Shown: positions 8,553 through 16,391, counted from the first letter of the stretch. The stretch: DNA of 40,000 bases from Arsenophonus sp. aPb (GCF_029873475.1 NZ_CP123499.1:999616-1039615); one strand, 5' to 3'. The notes: a model not told the origin generated them from the sequence alone. Numbers and translations: made by a program.

Positions 8553-9514
8553 TTCAAAACCTCAAAGCTGATTGCCCATACCCATGGATTAGTTTCCCAG
8601 CTACCTTTGCCATAAATTGAGTCCCATGTTTGAGCAAACCATGAGCGTGAGAAATCTGAAAACCAGGGTTCTTGTGATGAGGTATTTACAGCTGGGTGAT
8701 CTGGAATAACTCCTTCTGCTATCGTATCTACCAGGCTGATATCATTCAATTTCTCTACACGAACACCAGTAATTTTTAATGTGATGCGAGAAGCCCAGCG
8801 TGGCATGTTAGGTGGGTTAGCTACTGGGTTTTCATTCCAGGTCTTAGCGTTCCGCACTGACCAGATGGTTGATTGCGATACCCCATACTTAACGGAGAGG
8901 GCTCTTTGGCTTAGTCTAGACTCCCGGATATCATTTACGATTTCTGTCGTGAGCTTGGAGTTGTGATGATCTTCACCAAGTGATATCCCATTAACGAGTC
9001 GGTCTGACCAGTTCTGCTCCTGGGTTCCATAATCCAAATTTTCAGGAGCATTGTTTCTCTGGAAGCCATCAAGATGTCGAATTTGCATCCCGTCCGGCCG
9101 CTCCCCAAGAAAAGCCTCCGAAACCAAATCATGAACCAGCCTAGTTTTGTACTTCCCATTACTCGCCGGAGTTACTGTTAAATACCCTTTGCCGTTGGCG
9201 GAGCCAGAAAGTCGCCTCCATTCACCACCTGAATTAGCTCGTGACCAAATATAACCAAACACATCTGCGCAATATCTTCTGTCGAGTGATGGAATGTACA
9301 TTGCTGGGATTAGCCGATCGCCAACATTTCCGAACGGACAAGGTAAAGGCCTGCCATGCTCATCTTCATAACCTGCATGACCATTAAAAATGACATTGCT
9401 ATATCTAACAATGTTTGGATTACTTTTTATTGGTCTCCTGGTCTGCGTTTTACGTCCGTCTAAAATAGCTCTTACCATTTCTCCGTTAAAAATTATTGGT
9501 CTTTCTTTAGTCAT
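8540..9514 (-). CDS. ASCH-like phage protein carrying an in-frame HNH homing-endonuclease module
   Basis: The ends (IIFNGEMVRAILDGRKTQTRR...GDRL and MPRWASRITLKITGVRVEKLNDIS...AEG) match a common phage ASCH-like family. The middle (GKGYLTVT...RLVHDLVSEAFLGERPDGMQIRHLDGFQRNNAPENLDYGTQEQN ... SKLTTEIVNDIRE...LSVKYGVSQSTIWSVRNAKTW) is a NUMOD4/HNH_3 + HTH pattern. Confidence 0.8.
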   Translation of the reverse strand: MTKERPIIFNGEMVRAILDGRKTQTRRPIKSNPNIVRYSNVIFNGHAGYEDEHGRPLPCPFGNVGDRLIPAMYIPSLDRRYCADVFGYIWSRANSGGEWRRLSGSANGKGYLTVTPASNGKYKTRLVHDLVSEAFLGERPDGMQIRHLDGFQRNNAPENLDYGTQEQNWSDRLVNGISLGEDHHNSKLTTEIVNDIRESRLSQRALSVKYGVSQSTIWSVRNAKTWNENPVANPPNMPRWASRITLKITGVRVEKLNDISLVDTIAEGVIPDHPAVNTSSQEPWFSDFSRSWFAQTWDSIYGKGSWETNPWVWAISFEVLKWKQ

Positions 9515-9770
9515 GATTGCTTCCTAATTTTTTCGCTGGAAAAGACGGCCAGAATTCCATTTCTACCTTAAAATCTCCTATTATTTCATTATTAGCAAAA
9601 ATTCTGATAACTAGCGGCCAATCAGATTCCCAGCCATCATGATTATTGTGATAATCTTCCGCGCATTGTGTTGCTATAAGATCAGACCATTTTTCGTCAT
9701 ATGAATTAATTTCAAGTTCATATCTATCTTCTTCATCATTAATATCATGTATTGCATATTGAATTAACAT
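9507..9770 (-). CDS. hypothetical early protein
   Basis: 87 codons with an acidic product; overlaps the next gene by 8 nt. Confidence 0.6.
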   Translation of the reverse strand: MLIQYAIHDINDEEDRYELEINSYDEKWSDLIATQCAEDYHNNHDGWESDWPLVIRIFANNEIIGDFKVEMEFWPSFPAKKLGSNHD

Positions 9771-9883
9771 AACTCACCTTTATTAAATACATGTAAATAA
9801 TTACAGTATTTTGTTTAATTTATGTTATAATTGAGACTTAAAACTACAATATAATTCCCTGGTGTTGGCCAGCCTTGCGCTGG

Positions 9884-10819
9884 CTATTTTTTATTTATCA
9901 TTCGTATATATGCGCTTATAAATTCTTTCGCGACCGGCGCGACAAGGGCATTACCGTAGGCGCGCAGGCGTCCCACTCTGTTGGTAACCCCATTAGCCAG
10001 CGGGAATGTGCCGGATTCAATCGGGCGCAACTTTCCATCTCTACACAAGATCCAGTCTGTATTTTCCCAGAATCCAGATACATAATTGCTTGCTCTTCCA
10101 GATTCCCCGGGCTTAATGATGACCTTCCCGTTATCAACCTTTTTCTCTGACGTTCTGCTAGCGCATCCGGTGATCGTGTTGAATTCACCGTTGTCGGCGT
10201 TAACCATCCTGTTATCATCATTCCTTGTTCTGTTGCATAATCCAGTCTGCTGAACATCCTGTTTTTTCCATCCTTCCGAATTATTGTTGGTCCACTTCCT
10301 TTGCAGTCGTTCGCCGTTGGTGTTGGCCACCCAGTAGAGTCTTTGCCTGATGTGCGGCGCACCGAAGCCCGCAGCGCATAAATCAAGCGCTGTTGTGGTG
10401 TAGTTCTCTGCTTCCAGGTCAGTTTGTACAATGTCGAGCCAAGTGAGTCCGTCTTTGCTTGCAACCTGTTCACCAAAGATAACGTCAGGGTTGCACTGGC
10501 AAATGAGGTGGAAAAACGCGGGCCATAAGTGCCGCTCATCAGCAAACCCATTTCTTTTGCCTGCCGCGCTGAAAGGCTGGCAGGGGCAACTTCCTGTCCA
10601 TACTGGTTTATCATCTGGCCATCCTGCCTTGCGTAATGCGTATGACCAGACGCCGATTCCTGCGAAGAAATGACATTGTGTATATGCTTTAAGGTCATCG
10701 GGTTTAACATCCTCTATTGAGCGTTCATCGACATCGCCATCGGCAATATGTCCTGCTGAGATTAAATTACGCAACCATTGAGCTGCGTAAGGGTCAATTT
10801 CATTGTAATAAGCAGCCAA
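9884..10819 (-). CDS. phage DNA (cytosine-5) methyltransferase (orphan; TTG start)
   Basis: Motifs FAGIG (I), SCPCQPFSAAGK (IV), FGEQV (VI), HIRQRLYWVA (VIII), RLRAYGNALVAPVA (X). GGAG RBS lies before the TTG. Confidence 0.9.
   Translation of the reverse strand: MAAYYNEIDPYAAQWLRNLISAGHIADGDVDERSIEDVKPDDLKAYTQCHFFAGIGVWSYALRKAGWPDDKPVWTGSCPCQPFSAAGKRNGFADERHLWPAFFHLICQCNPDVIFGEQVASKDGLTWLDIVQTDLEAENYTTTALDLCAAGFGAPHIRQRLYWVANTNGERLQRKWTNNNSEGWKKQDVQQTGLCNRTRNDDNRMVNADNGEFNTITGCASRTSEKKVDNGKVIIKPGESGRASNYVSGFWENTDWILCRDGKLRPIESGTFPLANGVTNRVGRLRAYGNALVAPVAKEFISAYIRMINKK
9916..10551 (-). CDS. candidate overprinted ORF in the +1 frame of the C5-MTase gene (211 aa from the ATG at 10551; frame is stop-free up to 10710)
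   Basis: 264 stop-free codons lie fully inside 9884..10819. The product has GSTLYKLTWK, ALRASVRRTSG, GWPTPTAND, GWLTPTT and a terminal LNPAHSRWLMGLPTEWD motif. Expression is unproven. Confidence 0.4.
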   Translation of the reverse strand: MGLLMSGTYGPRFSTSFASATLTLSLVNRLQAKTDSLGSTLYKLTWKQRTTPQQRLIYALRASVRRTSGKDSTGWPTPTANDCKGSGPTIIRKDGKNRMFSRLDYATEQGMMITGWLTPTTVNSTRSPDALAERQRKRLITGRSSLSPGNLEEQAIMYLDSGKIQTGSCVEMESCARLNPAHSRWLMGLPTEWDACAPTVMPLSRRSRKNL

Positions 10820-10872
10820 AAGGACTCCTTACCTTGCGGCATTGGTTATTTACATTGGGTAATTAGGGAAGG

Positions 10873-11049
10873 TTACTTCTTAACGCATATAGCCCTGGCG
10901 TTAACATCAAGCAGTTGTTTAAACTTTTCTTTGAACTTGTCTGCTGCGATTAAGCAAGTTGTTTCTGTACTAAACTCTTGTGTGTTGATAGTAGAAAACT
11001 TACCGTCTGAGTACTGATTTGCGTACATTGCTAAGATGAGTATCCACAT
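10873..11049 (-). CDS. small hypothetical protein, 58 aa (below the ORF-track cutoff)
   Basis: Hand translation gives MWILILAMYANQYSDGKFSTINTQEFSTETTCLIAADKFKEKFKQLLDVNARAICVKK. A GAGGT RBS lies 7 nt upstream. It fills the gap between the ATPase and MTase genes. Confidence 0.45.
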   Translation of the reverse strand: MWILILAMYANQYSDGKFSTINTQEFSTETTCLIAADKFKEKFKQLLDVNARAICVKK

Positions 11050-11064
11050 GATAGTTACCTCGTT

Positions 11065-12132
11065 TTAATGATTAATAGCCTCTTCATTTTGCATAAACTT
11101 TGATTTTATTTTCAAAAATCCCTCTTTTAAGATACTGCTTTTCATGTTTTCAATGGCTGTCCAGCTCCTAGTTCCGAAAAACTCCTCCATGATATTCTGT
11201 CGCTGTTCTTTGGCCTGCTGGCCATTTCCGTCCATGCTGTATTTAACAAACAACCCTTTGATTTCTTCACACATAATCTCTCTTTGCTTTTTCTCATAAG
11301 AAAAGCCATTGTCTGTAATTTCATTTTCAAAGAGAGATGAGCTATCTTTTGTTTCCATTGAGCCAAAATGCTGGCCGCCAATATTTAAGAAATCAAAGTG
11401 GGGTGAAAATGTCTCAAAATTAGGAAAGTCGAATTCTTTACCGTTTAGTCTGTCAGTTCTATCTTTTTCAACCAACGCACGATTTATGATCCGTCCATCT
11501 TCTCTGTGCTTAATCATTTCGATAAGCAGTGATGGCTCATATCCCATTTCTTTTTCTGTGGCCATCTTAGTACCGCTGGTGATGAGTTCCATTTTTCCGG
11601 TTTCATCATTTTTTTGATATTCGTAAATAGAACCCGCTCTGCCGCAAACTATTGCATGTATTTTTGACGACAGGAATAAATCTGTGAACGATGACCATTG
11701 TGCTTTGATCGGCTTCCAATGATGAAATTCGAGTTGATACATCGGCCTTGCTCTTGGATTTGTTTCTCTTCTTTTTGCGTTAAGCGCTTTTAAATATGAG
11801 TCCTGACAGTCTTTCCAAATGTGCGTAATACTATCAACGATGATGACGGAACATGCTTTCTCTGCTTCATGCCAAAATGAAACTAAATCTTTCAACGCGC
11901 GGCTTTCGTCATAAACATAAAATTCAATACCGGCTTTCTCAAAAAAAGGTATGATATACGTAGCGGCCGGTTCAGTATCGAACATTGCAACGGGTTTTTT
12001 CAGGTCGTATTGTTTCCACAATCCAATTGCTATTTCAGTTGCAGTTCGTGTTTTACCTGAACCGGCATCACCGTAGATGCCGATTTTTGCATAAGCCTGT
12101 TTTCTTTCTGCCTTTTTTAGATAGCTTTTCAC
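11065..12132 (-). CDS. AAA-type ATPase (AAA_24/Sak4-like recombination-associated NTPase)
   Basis: Walker A GIYGDAGSGKT and Walker B-like VIIVDS. Positioned in the early-left recombination region. Confidence 0.75.
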   Translation of the reverse strand: MKSYLKKAERKQAYAKIGIYGDAGSGKTRTATEIAIGLWKQYDLKKPVAMFDTEPAATYIIPFFEKAGIEFYVYDESRALKDLVSFWHEAEKACSVIIVDSITHIWKDCQDSYLKALNAKRRETNPRARPMYQLEFHHWKPIKAQWSSFTDLFLSSKIHAIVCGRAGSIYEYQKNDETGKMELITSGTKMATEKEMGYEPSLLIEMIKHREDGRIINRALVEKDRTDRLNGKEFDFPNFETFSPHFDFLNIGGQHFGSMETKDSSSLFENEITDNGFSYEKKQREIMCEEIKGLFVKYSMDGNGQQAKEQRQNIMEEFFGTRSWTAIENMKSSILKEGFLKIKSKFMQNEEAINH

Positions 12133-12386
12133 AATAAACCTCGCTTATCTTTTAAATAGATTTCAATTGTTGCTTTGAGACTGTTTTCAAAATTGTTTTG
12201 TGCTTTTAGACTTTCTCTTAATATGGGCTCTAGTATTTTTGCTGCCTCATCGCTTAATAAATTAACTGGCAGTTCGTTATAAATATCATTAGCATCATTA
12301 ACCGCCATTTCATTTAGAAAATCTAATTCATCTGATTTATCCATACGTTCATTTTCTATTTTGTCTTTGAGATAATAAGCATTCAT
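12129..12386 (-). CDS. hypothetical early protein
   Basis: 85 codons; 4-nt overlap with the ATPase gene. Confidence 0.6.
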   Translation of the reverse strand: MNAYYLKDKIENERMDKSDELDFLNEMAVNDANDIYNELPVNLLSDEAAKILEPILRESLKAQNNFENSLKATIEIYLKDKRGLL

Positions 12387-12541
12387 GTGACTTTTCTTGA
12401 TATTAATAAAACGAGGGTGGCTAATAAGATGGTTACTATTGTTGGTATTAACTTTATTTTTCCGTGTTCTGGAGGATTTCTATTTTTAAAGCTATCGCTA
12501 TTTAAACGATAGCGTAACTCCTGCTGTTTAAGCATATTCAT
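12383..12541 (-). CDS. possible 52-aa membrane peptide
   Basis: Hand translation gives MNMLKQQELRYRLNSDSFKNRNPPEHGKIKLIPTIVTILLATLVLLISRKVT. It has a C-terminal TM segment and an ATGA overlap with the next gene. The RBS is weak. Confidence 0.3.
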   Translation of the reverse strand: MNMLKQQELRYRLNSDSFKNRNPPEHGKIKLIPTIVTILLATLVLLISRKVT

Positions 12542-12590
12542 AAGTTAGTCTCGATTATTATTAGAAGTGAAGAACTAGAAATGTTATTTA

Positions 12591-13469
12591 TTAATATATT
12601 ATTTTTGTATGACTAATTAATCCTTTCGCGATTAATTTAATACATAATTTAGCGTATTTTTCTGATACGTGATTTTTAATAAAATCATTTAATATTTCAT
12701 TATGTATATTACGTTGATGTTCTATGTCTGCTTGTCGTTTTAATTCCTCTTGTTTTAAGCGTTCAATTTCTGCCAAGCGCATTCTTTCAGCTTGTTCTGC
12801 TTTTCTACGTTCGGCTTCAATTGCTTCCTGCTTTTCACGTTCAGCTCGCTCAATCGCTAACTGCTTTTCTCTCTCTGCACGTTCGGCTGCTAATTTAAGT
12901 TCAGCCTCACGTCTTGCTGCTGCTTCTATCTCTTCTCTGGCTTTATTCTCAGCTTCAATTCTTGCCTTTTCTGCTGCTTGACGCTTAAGCTCATTCTCAT
13001 GCTCAATACGCTTACGTTCCGCTTCTGCTTTACGTAAATCAAAAACCTCATTCATCTGTATCGCTTCTGCATGATCAGACTCTATTTGCTTTTTAAGCTG
13101 TTCTGCTGCAATACGTTCTTTTTCTGCATTCTCCCACGCCGTCACTGGCTGTCTGATATCTTCACTTAGCTTATCGAGTTCATCTCTTATTTGCTTACGT
13201 GCAGCATCAACTTTCTTTGGCATCTCTTTTAATTTTGCAGCCAAGTCTTTGCCAAAAGTTTCAATGTAAGTTTTTGTTCTTGTGACATCAGAAGATAATG
13301 AAATAATTTTCTTTCTGTTTGTGCCAACCGATAAATCAAGTTTTCCGAGTTCATTTTGCTTTTCTGCTGCAATCTGTTTTACTTGATTAATTAATGACTC
13401 TACTTTGTCATTCTCAGTAAATAAAACAAGCGCACTAGATTGCTCAATTGAAATTAATTCATTTGACAT
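12591..13469 (-). CDS. DUF1351-like phage protein with a long charged coiled coil
   Basis: The N-terminal region resembles DUF1351 proteins that accompany phage recombinases. The C-terminal half is an E/R/K/A-rich repeat (AERAEREKQLAIERAEREKQEAIEAERRKAEQ). Confidence 0.6.
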   Translation of the reverse strand: MSNELISIEQSSALVLFTENDKVESLINQVKQIAAEKQNELGKLDLSVGTNRKKIISLSSDVTRTKTYIETFGKDLAAKLKEMPKKVDAARKQIRDELDKLSEDIRQPVTAWENAEKERIAAEQLKKQIESDHAEAIQMNEVFDLRKAEAERKRIEHENELKRQAAEKARIEAENKAREEIEAAARREAELKLAAERAEREKQLAIERAEREKQEAIEAERRKAEQAERMRLAEIERLKQEELKRQADIEHQRNIHNEILNDFIKNHVSEKYAKLCIKLIAKGLISHTKIIY

Positions 13470-13513
13470 GATATTTACTCTTTATTTGTTTATTTGAAAC
13501 TGAATTGAAGATA

Positions 13514-13765
13514 TTAAGCGATGAAAAGTTTTGATATTTTGTTTTTGAGATATGCTTTTTTATTTATTCTTTTTCTTATTATTTCAGAACGTTTAATTGT
13601 TGTTTTTAACAAATAATCAAGTGATTTATCTGACTCCGTTGTTTCATGAGTTAATTTATTATAAACAATATCGTTAAGTATTCTTGCTAATACTTTTTCT
13701 TCACCGTTATTGTCTACATATGTGATATAAGTAATAAAGTTATTCTTTGGTTTGTGCATTTTCAT
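13514..13765 (-). CDS. hypothetical early protein
   Basis: 83 codons in the operon. Confidence 0.5.
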   Translation of the reverse strand: MKMHKPKNNFITYITYVDNNGEEKVLARILNDIVYNKLTHETTESDKSLDYLLKTTIKRSEIIRKRINKKAYLKNKISKLFIA

Positions 13766-14075
13766 TTCTCACCTCTAGTATTGCGTCAGCCATCTCATAA
13801 GCCGCTTCTGCTAATGCTGTGTATTCCACTATTTTCCTGTAATCGTGCTGGTGTCCCATGGCATTTATAACAGCCATCGCAAACTCATCGCGGAGGGTTT
13901 TTTGTGCCACATCTTTATCATGATGTATAACCTCCAATAGATGGCAGCATTTGCGGATGAAGTATATATCACCTGCATCATTTATGATATACGCATCCAA
14001 ATCGTCAGCTATGTACACATCATAAATCTTACCTAATGTTAAGAAATACCCTTCATTAATACATTTAACTTTCAT
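13740..14075 (-). CDS. hypothetical early protein (start moved to MKVKCINEG)
   Basis: A GAGGA RBS precedes the ATG at 14075. Confidence 0.55.
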   Translation of the reverse strand: MKVKCINEGYFLTLGKIYDVYIADDLDAYIINDAGDIYFIRKCCHLLEVIHHDKDVAQKTLRDEFAMAVINAMGHQHDYRKIVEYTALAEAAYEMADAILEVRNENAQTKE

Positions 14076-14442
14076 TTTTATCATCCTCAACCACATATGG
14101 AATACCTATCGTCAGTTCACGATTATGTATTTTAATTAATGTATCAGGTGGATTAATACCATTTAAATCAACATCAACAAGATGGTATTTTTGATAATCA
14201 CTACTATAATTGTTAAAATCCCACTCCCAATTTCCCGTATATTCATCGTAATGAAGTCCATTATTAGACGTAAACCCGATAATTCTCCCGTATCTATCTG
14301 TTGCCAGATACTCAATAAACTGTGGGATGGATAGCGTTAAACCTAAGTATTCTGTTTTATAAATATCCAGTGTATTATTTTGTTTTAAAATTAATTCTCG
14401 CATTTCAAACTCTTCCATATATTTAAATATTCTTTTTTTCAA
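14065..14442 (-). CDS. hypothetical early protein (paralog of 7612..7857)
   Basis: Shares the YLATD..G...GF...W...VDLD motif with the 7612 gene. Confidence 0.6.
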   Translation of the reverse strand: MKKRIFKYMEEFEMRELILKQNNTLDIYKTEYLGLTLSIPQFIEYLATDRYGRIIGFTSNNGLHYDEYTGNWEWDFNNYSSDYQKYHLVDVDLNGINPPDTLIKIHNRELTIGIPYVVEDDKNES

Positions 14443-14635
14443 AATGATTTACCATTGACGTTACAAAATATTCAGCTTCAACCAATTCATTTCTTAGTTG
14501 TGATATTTTTTCTTCGTGTTTATTTCCGCACATTATTTCGATATTCTTTGCTGATAACTCAAAAAACTCCCTCTCTTTTTTAATATGTTTTAAATCCCAT
14601 TTAAATATTAGTAAACTTGCTTCGTTAGGGGTCAT
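14423..14635 (-). CDS. hypothetical early protein
   Basis: 70 codons in the operon. Confidence 0.55.
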   Translation of the reverse strand: MTPNEASLLIFKWDLKHIKKEREFFELSAKNIEIMCGNKHEEKISQLRNELVEAEYFVTSMVNHFEKKNI

Positions 14636-14637
14636 TA

Positions 14638-14952
14638 TTATTCCAAATCATCTTGGCTATTTAATTTCGTAACTTGATCTTGCAAATAGACAACATGCTC
14701 CATTGTCTTTGTTATTTCTGTATTTAAATAGTTCTCTATCCAGTAATTTTTAGCGCTTTGATAATCATTAAATAAAATATACCAGCGACTTTGAATAGTT
14801 GTTGAATAACCATTTTTATATTTTTTTACTTTAACTTGTTTTGCGGTTGGATGAGATAGAGCTATAAACTTATTAAAAAGAGGGAATTCACCATCTATTT
14901 TTACTGCATAAAATACATCACCACATTTGATGTCTTTAATTTGTATTTTCAT
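14638..14952 (-). CDS. hypothetical early protein
   Basis: 104 codons in the operon. Confidence 0.6.
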   Translation of the reverse strand: MKIQIKDIKCGDVFYAVKIDGEFPLFNKFIALSHPTAKQVKVKKYKNGYSTTIQSRWYILFNDYQSAKNYWIENYLNTEITKTMEHVVYLQDQVTKLNSQDDLE

Positions 14953-15233
14953 TATTTAACCACCATCAACTTCATAATTAAATTATCTATTCTTTTCTTT
15001 GATTCTTTGGTAATATTTTTTATTTCATTGCTATCAGTAGAAATAAAAATAAAACAACTTAGCGGTATATTTAAAGCATTACAAATATTTTCAATATTTT
15101 CTAAACTTGGTATTTTTCCATTTTTGATAATATGTGTTATATAAGAGTTAGATAAATTACATTTTTTTGCCAGCTCTATTTTTTTCATGTTGCGTTTTTT
15201 TCGTAAAATATCAATGGCTTCTCCTATGTTCAT
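14952..15233 (-). CDS. XRE-family helix-turn-helix regulator
   Basis: IGEAIDILRKKRNMKKIELAKKCNLSNSYITHIIKNGKIPSLENIENICNALNIPL is a classic HTH_3 pattern. Confidence 0.75.
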   Translation of the reverse strand: MNIGEAIDILRKKRNMKKIELAKKCNLSNSYITHIIKNGKIPSLENIENICNALNIPLSCFIFISTDSNEIKNITKESKKRIDNLIMKLMVVK

Positions 15234-15496
15234 TATTTAACCTCACACTCTTCAATAGCTCTTAAAGTAGCTTTCCAATCCATTGCCTCTAAGTCAACAA
15301 TAGCTAGTACGTGTGTTTCATTCCCATCCACATACGAATGCCAGTAATCTTTACTTAATTCATTTTCATTACCAAGCTCATCAGGAACGATATAGTGAGT
15401 ATTATCTTCCTATTTAATAACATATAATTTGTCCTTTTTGTAAATGAGGTCTCTTTTGAAAATACAATCTTCCAAAAACTTAATTTGCTTTGTCAT
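15233..15496 (-). pseudogene. 87-codon early gene interrupted by one in-frame TAG (at 15410-15412)
   Basis: Hand translation gives MTKQIKFLEDCIFKRDLIYKKDKLYVIK-TAG-EDNTHYIVPDELGNENELSKDYWHSYVDGNETHVLAIVDLEAMDWKATLRAIEECEVK. Both ends are translationally coupled to neighbours (ATGA at 15493-15496, TAATG at 15231-15235). Confidence 0.5.
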
Positions 15497-15738
15497 AATT
15501 TTTTACTCATTAACTTTAATTGATTTAAATTAAAAAACACTGTGTCTTTTAAATTATCAAATTCAATTTGAAGCTCTATCTCATTTTTATTCATGTTAAC
15601 TTTTATACAATTAGCTTTGTAATATAAAGCTATAAATCTTAAATAAATAATAAATATTTCTTCTCCTTCCTCTGCTTTGTATTTAACTCCATAGACGTGT
15701 TCTTTATTTTTAAGTTTGTAGTGACTTATAATTTCCAT
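15493..15738 (-). CDS. hypothetical early protein
   Basis: 81 codons in the operon. Confidence 0.5.
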   Translation of the reverse strand: MEIISHYKLKNKEHVYGVKYKAEEGEEIFIIYLRFIALYYKANCIKVNMNKNEIELQIEFDNLKDTVFFNLNQLKLMSKKL

Positions 15739-15739
15739 T

Positions 15740-16057
15740 TTATATATGTCTTATGACTCCATCATTCTCGATAGATATTTCGGCATGAGATGGCATTTCT
15801 AGAATAGTTTTAACTGCACACTCAGCCTCTTGCTTATATAACCTGAATTTAGTTTCTAATTCTTTGTATTTTCTTTCCCAGACATCGTTATTTGTTTGTG
15901 CTATATCTGAAGGTGAGGGATAGCTATGTGCCAGACTGTAATTTTCAAATGTACCCTCAACACTTCCGGCCAGGCATTCAACCTGTTCTTTCGTTAGTTG
16001 TAATCCGCATTCTTCTGCGCCGATTACAATACTTTCTTTCCAACATTCAATGCACAT
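15740..16057 (-). CDS. hypothetical early protein
   Basis: 105 codons; first gene after the 16085 terminator. Confidence 0.6.
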   Translation of the reverse strand: MCIECWKESIVIGAEECGLQLTKEQVECLAGSVEGTFENYSLAHSYPSPSDIAQTNNDVWERKYKELETKFRLYKQEAECAVKTILEMPSHAEISIENDGVIRHI

Positions 16058-16084
16058 TTTTTATCCTTAATTTAGGTAATAAAA

Positions 16085-16109
16085 AAGACCGGTTAGGTCT
16101 TGTTTTTTT
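16085..16109 (-). terminator. bidirectional intrinsic terminator inside the early-left operon
   Basis: AAGACC-ggtta-GGTCTT hairpin flanked by AAAAAA and GTTTTTTT. Confidence 0.6.
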
Positions 16110-16115
16110 ATAATT

Positions 16116-16391
16116 TTAATCCTCTTGAAACATGGTTATTTTTATTGTGGCCTTTTTATCTTTACTAAATATTTCAGAAATAACATCAGATATAATTAAT
16201 AAAGAAGATATTGTTTCTATTCTTTCAAACCCGTATTTACTAAGAACGCTTATCTTATAAGCTTCTCCCGTAATCCATAATTTATTGTGTTTAGCCTTGG
16301 ATTTTTTTAGAATTTCTTTAGCCTCAGATTCTCTATTAAAGAATAGAGTCTCACTTTGTCCGTCATCATAAACTTTCGTTAAATAAATCAT
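16116..16391 (-). CDS. hypothetical early protein
   Basis: 91 codons. Confidence 0.55.
   Translation of the reverse strand: MIYLTKVYDDGQSETLFFNRESEAKEILKKSKAKHNKLWITGEAYKISVLSKYGFERIETISSLLIISDVISEIFSKDKKATIKITMFQED

Noticed and set aside
8540-9514. An intein interpretation of the HNH insertion.
   Set aside because: No Cys/Ser/Thr N-terminal splice residue context is present, and there is no C-terminal His-Asn followed by Cys/Ser/Thr at the apparent boundaries.
9875-10150. Plus-strand ORFs antisense to the C5-MTase gene (9875..10150 and 10431..10673).
   Set aside because: They are antisense shadows of a G+C-rich coding region. They have no RBS and no protein-like motifs, unlike the same-strand +1 ORF.
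12724-12981. An 85-codon plus-strand ORF inside the DUF1351-like gene.
   Set aside because: Its low-complexity Ser/Ala/Cys/Phe product is the mirror of the GAA/GCA/CGT-rich coiled-coil codons on the other strand.
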